From Lytechinus pictus (Eukaryota), in contig NC_087246.1 in assembly GCF_037042905.1 (NCBI RefSeq), forward strand, positions 930,001 to 994,000: a stretch of DNA of 64,000 nucleotides, given 5' to 3'. The position numbers and the translations under genes were made by a program. The notes beneath the pieces were generated by a model. It was not told where the DNA came from, did no database searches, and worked only from the letters and a program-made list of their open reading frames with translations. Below are positions 39,751-51,815 of the stretch, in pieces (position 1 is the stretch's first letter; each line of letters begins with the position of its first letter).

Positions 39751-42450
39751 ATGACATTAGTGGTGTTTCCAGAAGGGAGTCAGCAGCCCTCGACTTCAGG
39801 ACATCAATGTAGATCTGGAGGAAACAGAATGGCTGGTGCAGGACAGTCTTCAAAGCCAGAGATGTACAGCAGGGCTGTACAGACAGGCTTTCCACACACC
39901 CCTGAAAATGCCAATCTGCAGCAAACACACCAACAGCTGCCCATCTGTGTTTGTGGCCAGGCTGACGAGAACTGTTGGTGTGAGAGCCTTGGGTTCTTGA
40001 AGGACCAGGAGTTATGCAGGGTTGTCTTACAGAAAGGATGTCCAAGGTCAAGGGTTGCCCTCCTGCTGAGCATGCATGAGGAGTTCTGCAAATCAGCCAG
40101 GGGAGATCCCATCATCAATACAAGGAGACGAGGAAGTGCCCATGGAGATATTAGGGTGAGGCGTTCTAAAGCTGCACCTCCACCAACACTGCCACGTCCA
40201 AGAGCTCAAAGCGTGATTGTACAAAATACCAGAGCTGCCAATCGTCTCAATGAAGTAAACGCCAAAAGAAGTCCTCAAGTATCTGTAAAGCCAAAGAAAT
40301 CAGTAGATCCTAATCAACAAGGACAACTTCATGGAAAAGGAAAGTGTGGTAACAAAGTCCTAACTAAGAAGGATCAGCAGTATACAAAAGAGAAAAAGTG
40401 CCTTGAAAGAAATGTATTGTCCAATGGCACTGCTTCAAAAGAGGAGAGCAGTTCAGCTGAAGAGGGAAGTCACTTGGACCAAACTAGCTATGTCTCCAAG
40501 GCATGGCTTTTATTTACAGGATGTGAAAAAGGGAAGAAATCCAAAGAATCTGTATCAAAACCTGAAGCGTTGTGTGATAAAAATCCCAACAGTGAAGAAG
40601 TTCCTGTCAATAAGGCATCAAAGAACCAATCAGCTCGTCTTGAAGGATCATTACAAAGTGATAAAAAAGATGATCCTAATAGGATCACAGGTCTTAGTGT
40701 TAGCTCAAAGAGGAAAGTAACAAACAAAGATGAATCAACTCCAATGTCATCTGAAAGCTCAAATAAAAATGCCAGCCATTTGAAAGTCAGAAAATCAGAC
40801 GAGTCACTTCAAACATCCGCAATATTCAGAAGTGACAAAGAGCAAAGAGTTGGAAAGTCTGATATCAGCGATGAATGTGACCGCACTGCCCTCCTGGATA
40901 GAGTAACAATACCCCAAGATGAAGTGGAGAGTACCACCCTTGGTGCATGCCATCTTGATCCACAAGATAGTATCATGGACCAGGAACTGTCAATACTTAT
41001 TTCTTTACCTCAAGAGTCTAGGGTGATCTTGAAAGACAGAGGTGTAAATGACTTGGACCAGAACTCTGAATTAGCTGGCAATGAAGTGAATGAAAGGTTA
41101 AAAGACAATGGGCATCTGAATGAGACCTTGGCATTATCTGTTCTCAAAGTTGACCGTGTGTCTTGTCAGGATAAAGAAATAGGCAATGATGTGTCCGATT
41201 GTGAATCAAGACTTGGTACAAGTCACGATGTTACGGTGATAGATAAGTCAGAGACGGAGGATGGCATGATCAGAACAGAAACAGAAAATTTCTCTCTTTC
41301 AGCTGCCTCTAGTTCACCCTGTTCAATCAAGGAGGATGATTGCAATATTGAATCTAGGCAAATCAACAACTCTCAAGAAATGGGCTCTTCTCTGCTCAAA
41401 ATTGCACAAGGAAAACCATGTTCCGAATCTACTTTGCAGGTCGAGGATGATTCTCTACTTGGGGCATGTGCAATTTTGAAAAAGGACCAATCTGTTTGCA
41501 ATAAATGTAACTCTTCGGAAGGAAATGGAATTGCCAAAACCTCCCCTGAAAACAAAGTTGTTAGTTGTCACTCACCTACTTGGGAAGAGGAATTCCCTGT
41601 CTTACCATCTATCGGCATTGATGAAGATGAAAAGCTAACTTCAAACCAACAACCTCCCATCTCTGAAATTCAGTCATGCGAAGCCTCAAGACAGGTTGTT
41701 AAGTCTGCTGCCGGCATAGATGCAGAGCATCATATAAAAGTAAATTTCAATGTGAAGCAGGATGAGAGTAAAAGAATGAAGAAGGATGATGTAATCATGA
41801 AGCAAGGCACTAAGAATTTACATCAGAAAGTGAGCAGAAGGTCAGAGAATGAAAAAATCAAAGAACGAAAACACCAGAGAATAATGAACCCACGCAAGGT
41901 TGGCATGTTGAAATATCTCATTTGCCAAAGCCCCCTCATCCTAAGTGAATTGAATGACAGTGACTTTGAAGATTCAGATAGCGAATCTGAAGATTTGTCC
42001 TATAACCAGGAAGATCGATTTGCCACTTTTCCGGTCGAGATTGTTCTCAAAATTGTCAGGGAACTTTGCACGCGTGATCTCGCCCAACTGAAGGTCACTT
42101 GCAAGAACTTTTACTGGCTGATCAAGAAGTACAACATTGTAGGAGTTGACTCAAGGTGGGTTGAGAATGGTGCATATCGTGACGACCCATGTATGAAGTG
42201 CGGTAAGGTGAGGGACAGACGGGGTGATGTGTCATTGTGCTATTTTCATCCCAAGTACTACTACAGAACAGGGAATGGAAGACACCACTGGACATGTTGC
42301 TTGAACACCAGCAGGGATGCTCCAGGATGCGTTGAAGGTCTCCATGATAACCAATGGACAACATCTAAGGTAATGAAGAGAAGCATCCCTAGACAGTGGA
42401 GTTTCAACATGTGGCATCTCTGTCCTCACAAGGATAACATGGATCCATAA
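39751..42450 (+). CDS. 899-aa F-box protein with C-terminal CHORD/REXO1-like zinc-binding module; whole CDS in one exon
   Basis: 2.7-kb uninterrupted ORF in AT-rich DNA. F-box-like motif FATFPVEIVLKIVRELCTRDLAQLKVTCKNFYWLIK at ~42019-42126. Cys/His motif CMKC-x12-CYFH-x15-CC-x9-C-x4-H at 42190-42345. In-frame TGA at 39700-39702 lies upstream of the ATG and downstream of a strong splice acceptor (ttttatgtttcag, AG ending at 39649). Confidence 0.88.
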   Translation: MTLVVFPEGSQQPSTSGHQCRSGGNRMAGAGQSSKPEMYSRAVQTGFPHTPENANLQQTHQQLPICVCGQADENCWCESLGFLKDQELCRVVLQKGCPRSRVALLLSMHEEFCKSARGDPIINTRRRGSAHGDIRVRRSKAAPPPTLPRPRAQSVIVQNTRAANRLNEVNAKRSPQVSVKPKKSVDPNQQGQLHGKGKCGNKVLTKKDQQYTKEKKCLERNVLSNGTASKEESSSAEEGSHLDQTSYVSKAWLLFTGCEKGKKSKESVSKPEALCDKNPNSEEVPVNKASKNQSARLEGSLQSDKKDDPNRITGLSVSSKRKVTNKDESTPMSSESSNKNASHLKVRKSDESLQTSAIFRSDKEQRVGKSDISDECDRTALLDRVTIPQDEVESTTLGACHLDPQDSIMDQELSILISLPQESRVILKDRGVNDLDQNSELAGNEVNERLKDNGHLNETLALSVLKVDRVSCQDKEIGNDVSDCESRLGTSHDVTVIDKSETEDGMIRTETENFSLSAASSSPCSIKEDDCNIESRQINNSQEMGSSLLKIAQGKPCSESTLQVEDDSLLGACAILKKDQSVCNKCNSSEGNGIAKTSPENKVVSCHSPTWEEEFPVLPSIGIDEDEKLTSNQQPPISEIQSCEASRQVVKSAAGIDAEHHIKVNFNVKQDESKRMKKDDVIMKQGTKNLHQKVSRRSENEKIKERKHQRIMNPRKVGMLKYLICQSPLILSELNDSDFEDSDSESEDLSYNQEDRFATFPVEIVLKIVRELCTRDLAQLKVTCKNFYWLIKKYNIVGVDSRWVENGAYRDDPCMKCGKVRDRRGDVSLCYFHPKYYYRTGNGRHHWTCCLNTSRDAPGCVEGLHDNQWTTSKVMKRSIPRQWSFNMWHLCPHKDNMDP

Positions 42451-42494
42451 AGGTACTGTCTTTAGGTTGCTGGTTACACACTTATCTAACTAAA

Positions 42495-42620
42495 GCCCTA
42501 TAACACAAAGCTATGACTGATTGTATAGTTGATTTGAAGGATTGATTTCTTGTAATGACGAATGCAATCTGATAAAAAATCAAGTCTATGATCATTGACT
42601 GAACTTTGTGTTACAGGGCC
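42495..42620. mobile_element. Small MITE in the putative 3'UTR
   Basis: gccctataacacaaag / ctttgtgttacagggc. Same family as 1725-1860. Confidence 0.6.
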
Positions 42621-43834
42621 AAGAAAGAATTTGACTCTTGTATACAGATGTTCTTTCCATTGTGTTTCCAACAGATAATATCTGCTTAAGACTGAAGGGC
42701 AATACTTGATCTCAAGTTTGGTGTAGATGTTGGTGTTAAGAGTAAATCGGGCTACCTAACCTGGTGTTCAACACTGAATGTGTATTTGCCAAAATTACAC
42801 CAATTACATAATAGTTTAACACCAAGTGATGTAGGTCTTAGCATTAGCTTCATCTAAAGACCATTGCTTTGACTGTTGTAAAATTCAACCCAACTCCAAC
42901 ACAAGCTATCAATGCCAAAATAAACACCACCAAATGATTATTTCATCTTCTCAATGTTGAGTCAAATATTGCCTTTGTAGTTTTGAGCAGCAAGCACTAT
43001 CTACTTACATAGCTCTATCAACATACTTTCAGGTCGTCACATGGCCATGTCAACTAACCTCTCACTCAGGGAAACTTGAGATTTAACCCTATATTGTCAC
43101 AAATTGATAACATTTTGAACTGTATTTAAAATACAGAAGAATTCTATACGATGACGAACTAGTTCAGCCATTTTCAACTTCTGTTGTTTCCATGATGATA
43201 TATTATACTGCCCTCAATGTCCATTTATAGGTCTTTCTCTTTGTCGTGTGAGTCTGTTTATATTATTATTTTTTTTATTGTGTAATTTACACTACACAAG
43301 CCCATTTGACATGCCATATTGCCTTTTATATACCAACTCATATGTTATGTGTGTATGTTTCTTTTTTTTAACATACAGTACATGTACATATAGCTGTAAT
43401 GAATTGTAACACTTGGAGAAATCCCTTTGGATTTATTGTAATTGTATACATGTACATGTAATTCTAGGTTTTACTGTTAATTTGCTTTTGGTCTTGAGTG
43501 TGTACATATGAAAGAAAGGGAATTTGTTGTGTATCAATGAAACCAACTGGTAGAACACATGTCCATATATTTGTTGACATACAAATGATGCAAACACCAT
43601 GAGAGAGCCACAATCTCAATTACACACTATGTCATGTCTTAAGAGGAAACCATGAAAAAATGGGATTATAAAATGATAATCAATGAATCACAATATAGCC
43701 TTGAAATTTGCAAAAGTTTTCCCAAATAAAACACATGCTCATCTTTCCGGTGAACATACTTTTCTCCTGTATGTTATTTGTCATGATCTGCAAAACAGGA
43801 TCCCCTTGTCAAAGCATTCATGGTAATTTTCCAC

Positions 43835-44407
43835 CCCGGGGGGGCCACTTACATTGACGAGTGGATACCATGCGCGACCAAGAAAACACGTAAAAAGGAT
43901 GTCTTTTTCAAGATAGGGCACGTTACGTACGTAACGTGATAAGGGTGTCAAAAACACAAAAATAATGAAAAAAGGGTATGTTTTTCGCTAGGAAAGCTAC
44001 GTGTTTAGGGTCACATTTGCGGGGATGATAAAACAAAATTAAAATGTTGTATAAAGGATGTCCTTTTTCTGGCTTTTTGCCCCAACACTACGTGTTTAGA
44101 GTCCCGATTTGCGCGAGGTGAGGAAGGTGGGACCTTACTCAACCAAATGGTGTGTAAATTAGGTAAAAACCGACGACCGACGGACCCGTGACACAACAAT
44201 AACATTTACTTGTTTAGGGGTTCATTTCAGGGAATACTTGCCAAGAGTATAGTTTTGTTTCCAATACTTGTTAAGGGTAGGGTTTCAGACGCCAATACTT
44301 GTTAAGGGGTGCATTTTCAGAACATGGAAAATACGTGTTTAGGGTGCTTTTCGAGACCCCGTGGTCGCGCATGGTATCCACTCGTCAATGGAAGTGGCCC
44401 CCCCGGG
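43835..44407. mobile_element. 573-bp MITE with CCCGGGGG termini and 8-bp TSD
   Basis: ~46-bp TIR with one mismatch (cccgggggggccacttacattgacgagtggataccatgcgcgacca). TSD TTTTCCAC at 43827-43834 and 44408-44415. Confidence 0.9.
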
Positions 44408-45165
44408 TTTTCCACTTTGCTGAGTTAACTTTGGCAGTACTTACAGAGCTATCTAAAACCTGGTTTGTTTCCCTGCAATGTATCCTGTATTAAATAGGAG
44501 CTCAATGTAGACCCAAGCTATTTCCTCTAGTCATAAAACCATGACTAATTCATGTAGAAATCAACTAGGGGGTGGTTTCATAAAGCTGTTGATGAAAATT
44601 ATCCATGATTTTACGATCGACTGGACTATGACGACCTTGATACAAGTTCATTTCAAGTCACAGTGTAAAGTTCAAATGTGGTGGTATTGGTTAAGTTAAT
44701 ATTGCAAATAATTTGAATTAAATATGGGCACTGTTTCAGAATACATGTAACATCAGTGTTAAATTTTGCCATCAACTATGCAACACAGGGAGCAGGGTAA
44801 ACATTGAATTTTTAGATTTTTTTTCTTGTGTTCAAGGATTGACCAGCAGCAAAATCTGTAATTGTTAATTTATTATCAATCCATTAATAAAAGTAATTGT
44901 ACATTCATACAGTATGATTGCAAAGCATAATAATAAACAACATACATGTAGCCACAGTATACAGATAGTAGTAATGCATAAAGGTGATGTAGATCATTTT
45001 TTTTAATACAGTAGTCCATGATTGTGTGGCATTCCCTTTAATTAGAATACCATTTTTAACATTAATATTTTGTTTCATTTATTTTCAAATTGATCTCCAA
45101 ACAAATGTAATTGCCATGTCGTAATAAACCCCTCAAGAATTTTGCAAAGAAAGTATGAAGCAACC

Positions 45166-45269
45166 AGTCTTCTCATAGAATCAGTATTGGATTTATATTT
45201 AGTCTTCTCCTTGAATCAGTATTGGATTTATATTTATTCCTCTCATAGAATCAGTATTGATTTATATTC
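45166..45269. repeat. 35-bp minisatellite x3
   Basis: Unit agtcttctcatagaatcagtattggatttatattt with variants. Confidence 0.8.
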
Positions 45270-48200
45270 AGCCAAGGTTATTTACATTGGGTAATCTGAT
45301 CTCAAAACGTGAGAAGGCCTCTATACCAAACCCCAATCTTTACCAGCATAGCAGCAATGACCTTCATAAAATGTCATGACAGCCAATTTATCTTTCTTTC
45401 CACCAGAATGCCACATTTTCAATATCATTAAATTACATTTATGATTGCCTACGAATTGGCAGTTTAATTTGATCTGTTTTCTTGATCGTGATAATTCAAA
45501 CTATGAACCAACTGATTTCTAATTTAGAATTTAAAATGACTTTTAACTTGGAAGTATTTCTTCTAGCTTTACCTTTATTAGTTTATAACAACCATTGGCC
45601 TTATCAATTAAATATATTAGCTTATATTAGGGTTTGTTCATTGACAAGCCAATTTATTTTCAATATTTTGATACCAGATATAACTTTTGTAAATGTTAGT
45701 CACTACTACATGTAGCTGCTACTTAATTTCAAATAAAACTTGGCCCGCATGTTTGTTTTTCTATCTCAAATAGCATTGATTTCAAAGTACCATGGCAACC
45801 AGGCAGCCAAGCATTCAGAAATGTTAAGGTATCCTTTTTGCATTTTTCTTAGCCAAATAATTCAATTGAGTCTCATAGTCATAGGGGTAATTCCTTGAAA
45901 TTTTCACACTTTTAGCCAATAAGCTACGTGTAAAATGTCTTTTTTACAAAATTTTTGCATCCCCACACCCTTTTAAGATAGGATGTACTTTATAAAACCT
46001 AGTCCCACTGTACATGAATATTTACAAACTACTATAGTAAATATAATTGCATTAGCCCTGCTACAATGTAAAATAATATGATACTTAGGCCGATATATTT
46101 TTCAGGTTTTTCACATTCTCCAACATCAATGCCTGGGGAGTTTTAGTGTTGTCAAAATCATGGCCTTACAAAGAAAAAACACCCCATATCATTCATAAGC
46201 TGCCGCAACATATGGAGTCCTATTAGTATGCTCATGATCAGTGATCTTCACAGGAACCTTTGGCATATAACAGAGTATGGCATGAGCTTGAGCCAAGGCC
46301 TTGTCTCCTTGCATAATTTATCCTGCCATTTCATGTGATGCAGAACTGTAATATAACAAGGCATATGAATTGAGTTTATAAATCCAATTTTATTATTGTG
46401 AGTGTATGCAGAGCTCTCAACTACTATCCATGACCCCTAGATCTAACATGCCAAGTGTTCTCATGGAAAAAAACCATGCCAAGTTTAATGGGAATAGCAG
46501 AGATGAAAAATAGACAGTTTGCTGTTTGTTATTTGTCTAAAACTGTTACAAGGTTAGATACATTGTATATTGTGGAAGGATTGGGGGGGGGCACTTGAGA
46601 TTGTACACTGCTGAAACCAGGAGGGGTGGCTTGAAAATATTTTCCAGTGTATGAGCATAATTTAAATTGAGAGTTTTCTTTTAGCACCTTAATTGTACAT
46701 CTAGAGAAGAGACAAAATGTCTATAGAGTTGTAGCCCTATTCAAAATTATCTTTTTAATAGGAAATAGGGTCATACACTACATACAAGAATACATTTGCA
46801 AGACCTGTACATTTGTAGACAGAAATCAACTCAGGAAAGCACCAACAATTTAGGGAGGGGGGGGGGATATTTTCAATTTCAATAGGATTGAAAAAAAAAT
46901 GCCTGTGTGAAATAAGTACATGTAAGCCTAACTTTTATAATTTCATGCATTACAGATCATTTAAATGAAATGAAGCAGTTGTAGATAATTTAATTTCCTA
47001 ATTTCATTCTAATTAAATATGACGCAAACATACATTGGTTCTGTATTGCAACAGGTGCCAGCATTTTTATGTATACATAGGCCTTATACATGTACATGTA
47101 GTATGATTCTAATCAGAGTAAATAAATTTTCATCAATATAAAAATTGCATTTCCCTTGTTCAGGGTGCCTCTAGGAAGGCTCAGCTCTATATTTAGGCAT
47201 TCATAAATCAGAGATTATAGCTGAGAGATATTTTGAGTCAAATGTGGGTTTGTGAGGACTACTGCTAAGAACAGGGGAAAGCGAACAAAATTAGGTTTTC
47301 ACCCATATTTGGGTGTTAAAACATAGTTCTTACATTTAGTTACATATATGATCGTCAAGAAGGGTCTAGTTATTTTTGTTGATCATTATCTCACTAACAA
47401 TTCCCTGATAATGATATACATATACATACTTTATGTATACATACACCTATATTGTTATAGGCTTGCATGCGTGTCTACATTGTTTAACAAAACAATGCAC
47501 ACATGATGTAGCATTCATCTATACTTGGGGTGAAACAACATTACCCATGAATGTTGTAAAAAAATGTAAAAAAGCATATTTATAAATTAATTTTCGAATC
47601 CAACAAAAATACAGCATTGTATCCCCATTATCAAACCTTTCAAACTTCTTCCATGAATTAAGGTATATAATCCATTTATACAGATGATTTTATGATATTT
47701 GTTATAAGCTACAGAGACCCTTGCATCTGATTGGCTGAGTAACAAGATGTTTTATGAAACACTCCCTGGTATAACAAGTAAGGAATTCCTGGCATGTGAA
47801 TACTGTAAAAGGGCCTCTAAGGAATGCTATTGAAATGAAATGTTACAAATATTCTCTATAAGTTACCGGAATGTGCGACCTACATTGTACATGAGGCAAG
47901 TCGGGGATACAATGCAGGCTTTATGAACAATACTTAATCAGTGTGATCATACATAGTTTGAAGTGTTTATCTATCTCATAAAGATATGATTCGATAGGTA
48001 TGCAACTTATGGGGAGTAAAAAGGTACTGATGATAACCGATAATATATTATCTCACAGAGTATGTCAGATCCATTCATACCCATGTTCAAACTACTTGAA
48101 AATAATAACTTAGAATCTAACGCTTCCTATGTTTTAGCTATTTCATGAATAAACCATATATGGAATTGTTACGGAAAATGTTTTGTGACTCAAAGAAAGG

Positions 48201-48359
48201 TTCTTCCTTCAAAATTATCATTTTGAATATCCTTTATTCATGGATTCATGCTCTATGAATATTAGATTGACTATTGACTCATCTTGTCACACAGTTTCGT
48301 AAAAAAGATAGAAGTACGAGAATAAACAGAATATGAATGTCTAAACATAAAAACATAAA

Positions 48360-48860
48360 AACAATATCTGATAAAAGTTAAAGTTATTGAATTTCAAAGT
48401 TTACCAATATTTTTCTGAAAATACCCTTATGAATATTCATTAGGTGGGCTGATGATGTTATGTACCCACTTTCTTTTTCTTGTATGTACGTTATTACATG
48501 AAATTATATTTTTTTATGTGTACATGATATGTCTCCCTTTTGGTATCATAGTTTCAACAATGAATATCTTATGCATTGAATCAGATGCCAATCAAATTAT
48601 TTTCATTCATGGTGGATGAAAGTTGAATAAAAGGAATTTCGTATAATGTGCAAAAGAATTAATTGAAGAAATTGAATCATCATCTGGCTTATTGCATATA
48701 CACTGTATGAGGACATGTATATAACTTCTTTTACCCAAATTTTGCCAAGATTTAAAATGTCATAACTTTTTGTCTGATTTCGATTCAAACTTTGAGTGTT
48801 TTGTTTGTCTGATTTTACTTCATCTGTTTAAATCATATTAATATCAGCCTGGAAACCCCT
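48360..48860. mobile_element. Left-truncated Kolobok/T2-like MITE
   Basis: Similar to the 22552 family and ends cagcctggaaacccct|TTAA. Confidence 0.65.
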
Positions 48861-49262
48861 TTAAAATGGAGCTTTAGATCTACAGTGTGGTACTTTATTA
48901 TTTTATTGTCATTTATTGAAAAAGTACATCCCATAATTAAGAGGAAAGGTCAAGCAGTACAATTCTACCCATAGAATAAGGTTATATTGACATACATTAG
49001 TCAACATCTGCCAAAAAAATAATCCCCTTGAAACAATAATAATAGAAGCATGCATGGTGACATTGGCATTGATACATTGTATTGATATAGGTTGTATCAT
49101 GACCCAACGATAATGTTTGGTTCACACGACAAAACCAAACTCAAAGATTAATACAAAGTTCTAAACTTAAATGATTAGCTTGGAATTTAGCCCCATTTAG
49201 ATTCACTTGAAAGTTAGCCATCTTGGAATTGAGTCGAAGATTAAAACTACTTGGCTTAAACT

Positions 49263-49725
49263 AGATGGTTTCAAACCGCCTTGGTCGCAAGAAGCCCACT
49301 TAAATTACAAGAATTTTTTCAGGCTTAAAAATACCCATTAATTATTCTTGCATTCACACCACTAAAAAAATACCCTTCGGGATAAGTGAAGTTACGAGCA
49401 TGTGCAGTATGGTCTGATAAGCAAGTAAGACATGAGATTAAAAATTGCTAGCTCAGCAGCCACCTACGGCGCCTGCGCCCAACTACACGCTGGGCTAAAA
49501 GTTCCTGTAAAATGCTTTCACACTGCCAAAATACCTGCAACCTTGGAAAAATCTCCACGAAAGATCTTGTAATTTTGACAAGTACCTATATTATTTAGTG
49601 GGTATTTTCTTTCTGGGAGATTTGTTTTCACACTGCTAAAATTACCTGGTATTTTTTATCAGGGGTAAATATCCCGATCAGAAATACCTTGAACTGATGA
49701 ACTTTGAGGCACTCTGAAACCACCT
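49263..49725 (+). mobile_element. AGGTGGTTTCA-family MITE copy 2 (CpG-decayed)
   Basis: Collinear with 19406-19882. Confidence 0.85.
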
Positions 49726-51683
49726 TCTATGTTCCCACATGGGGGGAGGGTCCCCTCTTTGTTGGTTTTAGCTTGAAAGTTGGTTTCCAGTGCACCCTAG
49801 GCATCATACATGGTTCTGTGATTTAATCGAGTGTAATAAATTATATCCTAAACATTAGGTGTAGTGTGGATGATCATAATGCTTCAAGGCATGCATTCTT
49901 TTTCAATGATTAGATTTCATTGATGATTAGCCAACGTATGAACATAACAAATATATGATTGTGATTGTTTCAAACTAAAAGTGTTTGGACATGATTGAGT
50001 AATTGCATATATTCACACAATGATGTAATGATTCCTCTTGATAGAAAATAGCCTGAAAATGTTTCCATTTCACCAGGATATTGAAGATGGTTTATAGATT
50101 CACATTGTCATGTGTTTTGCTGACAGAGTATTTGATTCATTTAAATTACCTACACTAATATTGTGAAGTTCAGTTGAAGGGGATTATGATTAATCAAATT
50201 GTGAAATAAAATAAAAGATAAAATGACTGGAACTCCTTGATTCAAAATGCTATTACATACTTGATATAGGGACTAAAATAATTATGATGGCACCTCAATT
50301 TTGAAATATTGAAAGACTGTCCATTGTTCAAATAACTGCATTATGGCACAAAATTTTACAAAACATTCAAATTTTCATGAAGAATCAGTCATTAAAAACT
50401 GATAAGGTCATTACATTTTTAAAAGAATTTAGTAATTTGAACCACAAAATTAACAGTCCAATGTCATAAATATTTTTGAAATCTTTATCAAAACTTCTGA
50501 TTAGTGTTATTTTTGTGAATTCTTTTGAAACTTATAAATTCTGTTGAGACAAATAACTGGCAAATATCTGATAATCTTATTTTCATCCTCACTTTTCTTA
50601 TTTTGAATTTATGTCACATCAACATTTCAAATTCTGCCTATAGCAAAAATAATCTGCTAATATTTACTCCCGTCTGAAGGCCACTTGTGGGAAGAAAACA
50701 AGATTGAACATTAGACAAATACTGCTATGAGAATTCTATGAATTGAGGTGTGTGTTTTCCTCCGAGACGTCGACGTGTGTTCGATACGCCGCTCACGCAT
50801 GATCCTAGATGTGCGTGACCTTTGATTGAAAGAGAACAAAAGAAATGTGTGAAAAATATTGAACCATGTACATGTGTTTGCTGTGGGAATACAAACAAGA
50901 ACTTAAGTACATTGGAATACCAAACACTTCATACTTGTCCCTAACTATTCCATATGGCAAATGTTTTGAAGTTGGGCAAATATTTTTCTATAATTTGACT
51001 GTTAAGAGCCATATAGTGTACAAGCGGTCTCTATTAAAGTATGGTGGTTATCTATTTCAACTGAGCAGAATCATACTCTATGTCATCTGACTATTAGCTA
51101 CTTACAGATCATCTTGTCTGTCAATGTTGATACAGAAAATTATTTTAAAGGGCTATTTTTTATAATATTGAATAAGAGTTTGAAGTCCCCTTACATGTTT
51201 GAGATTGTAGGGGCTGAACTGTCTTTGATATTTTGGGCTGGAATCGTTCTGTGCTCTGTCGTCTGTCTATTAATTCTTTAAATATTTATAGGTTTTTTTT
51301 GTTCATTATTAGCCTAAAGCTTGAAGTCAGATTTGTTTACAACAAAATTTGATAGACTTGGTTATAATACTTGTTTACTTTCTCTATTGAATGCATTATC
51401 AGAGAATTTAGAACTATTTATCCAGTCAACAAAAGAGAGAAATGATGCTAATATTTGAAGGAGTAATCTTAAAATCTAACATTTCATAATTGGTTCCAGA
51501 ACATGTCTTTGTGATTGAGATGAAGTCTAGATTTACACAGACATGATTCAACATTGTGTCTAAAATAGATAATCCATTCCAAAGATTAAAAGGAAATGAA
51601 ATTTAAACAAAAATATGCTGAACATGACTCCCTGTTGGTTCATCTATAGACTTCTAATCCACCTCTGTTATCATGATTCTAAG

Positions 51684-51815
51684 AAGCTGTTACATAAAGC
51701 TTAGTAATTGATCATAGGTTGGATTTCTAGGATTGATTGCATTGATTATTGTGTATGATCAATTGTTAAAGTCAGTCCCACAATCAGTTGCTAAGCTTTA
51801 TGATTCAGGGCCCAG
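51684..51815. mobile_element. Degenerate small MITE (1725 family)
   Basis: cataaagcttag / ctaagctttatg inverted ends, terminal gggcccag. Confidence 0.5.

Noticed and set aside
39710..42429. Antisense and alternate-frame ORFs overlapping the 899-aa CDS
   Set aside because: Shadow ORFs of a more GC-rich coding exon with no recognisable motifs.
45166..45269. CRISPR-like 35-bp repeats
   Set aside because: Units are contiguous with no spacers, there are no cas genes, and the context is eukaryotic.
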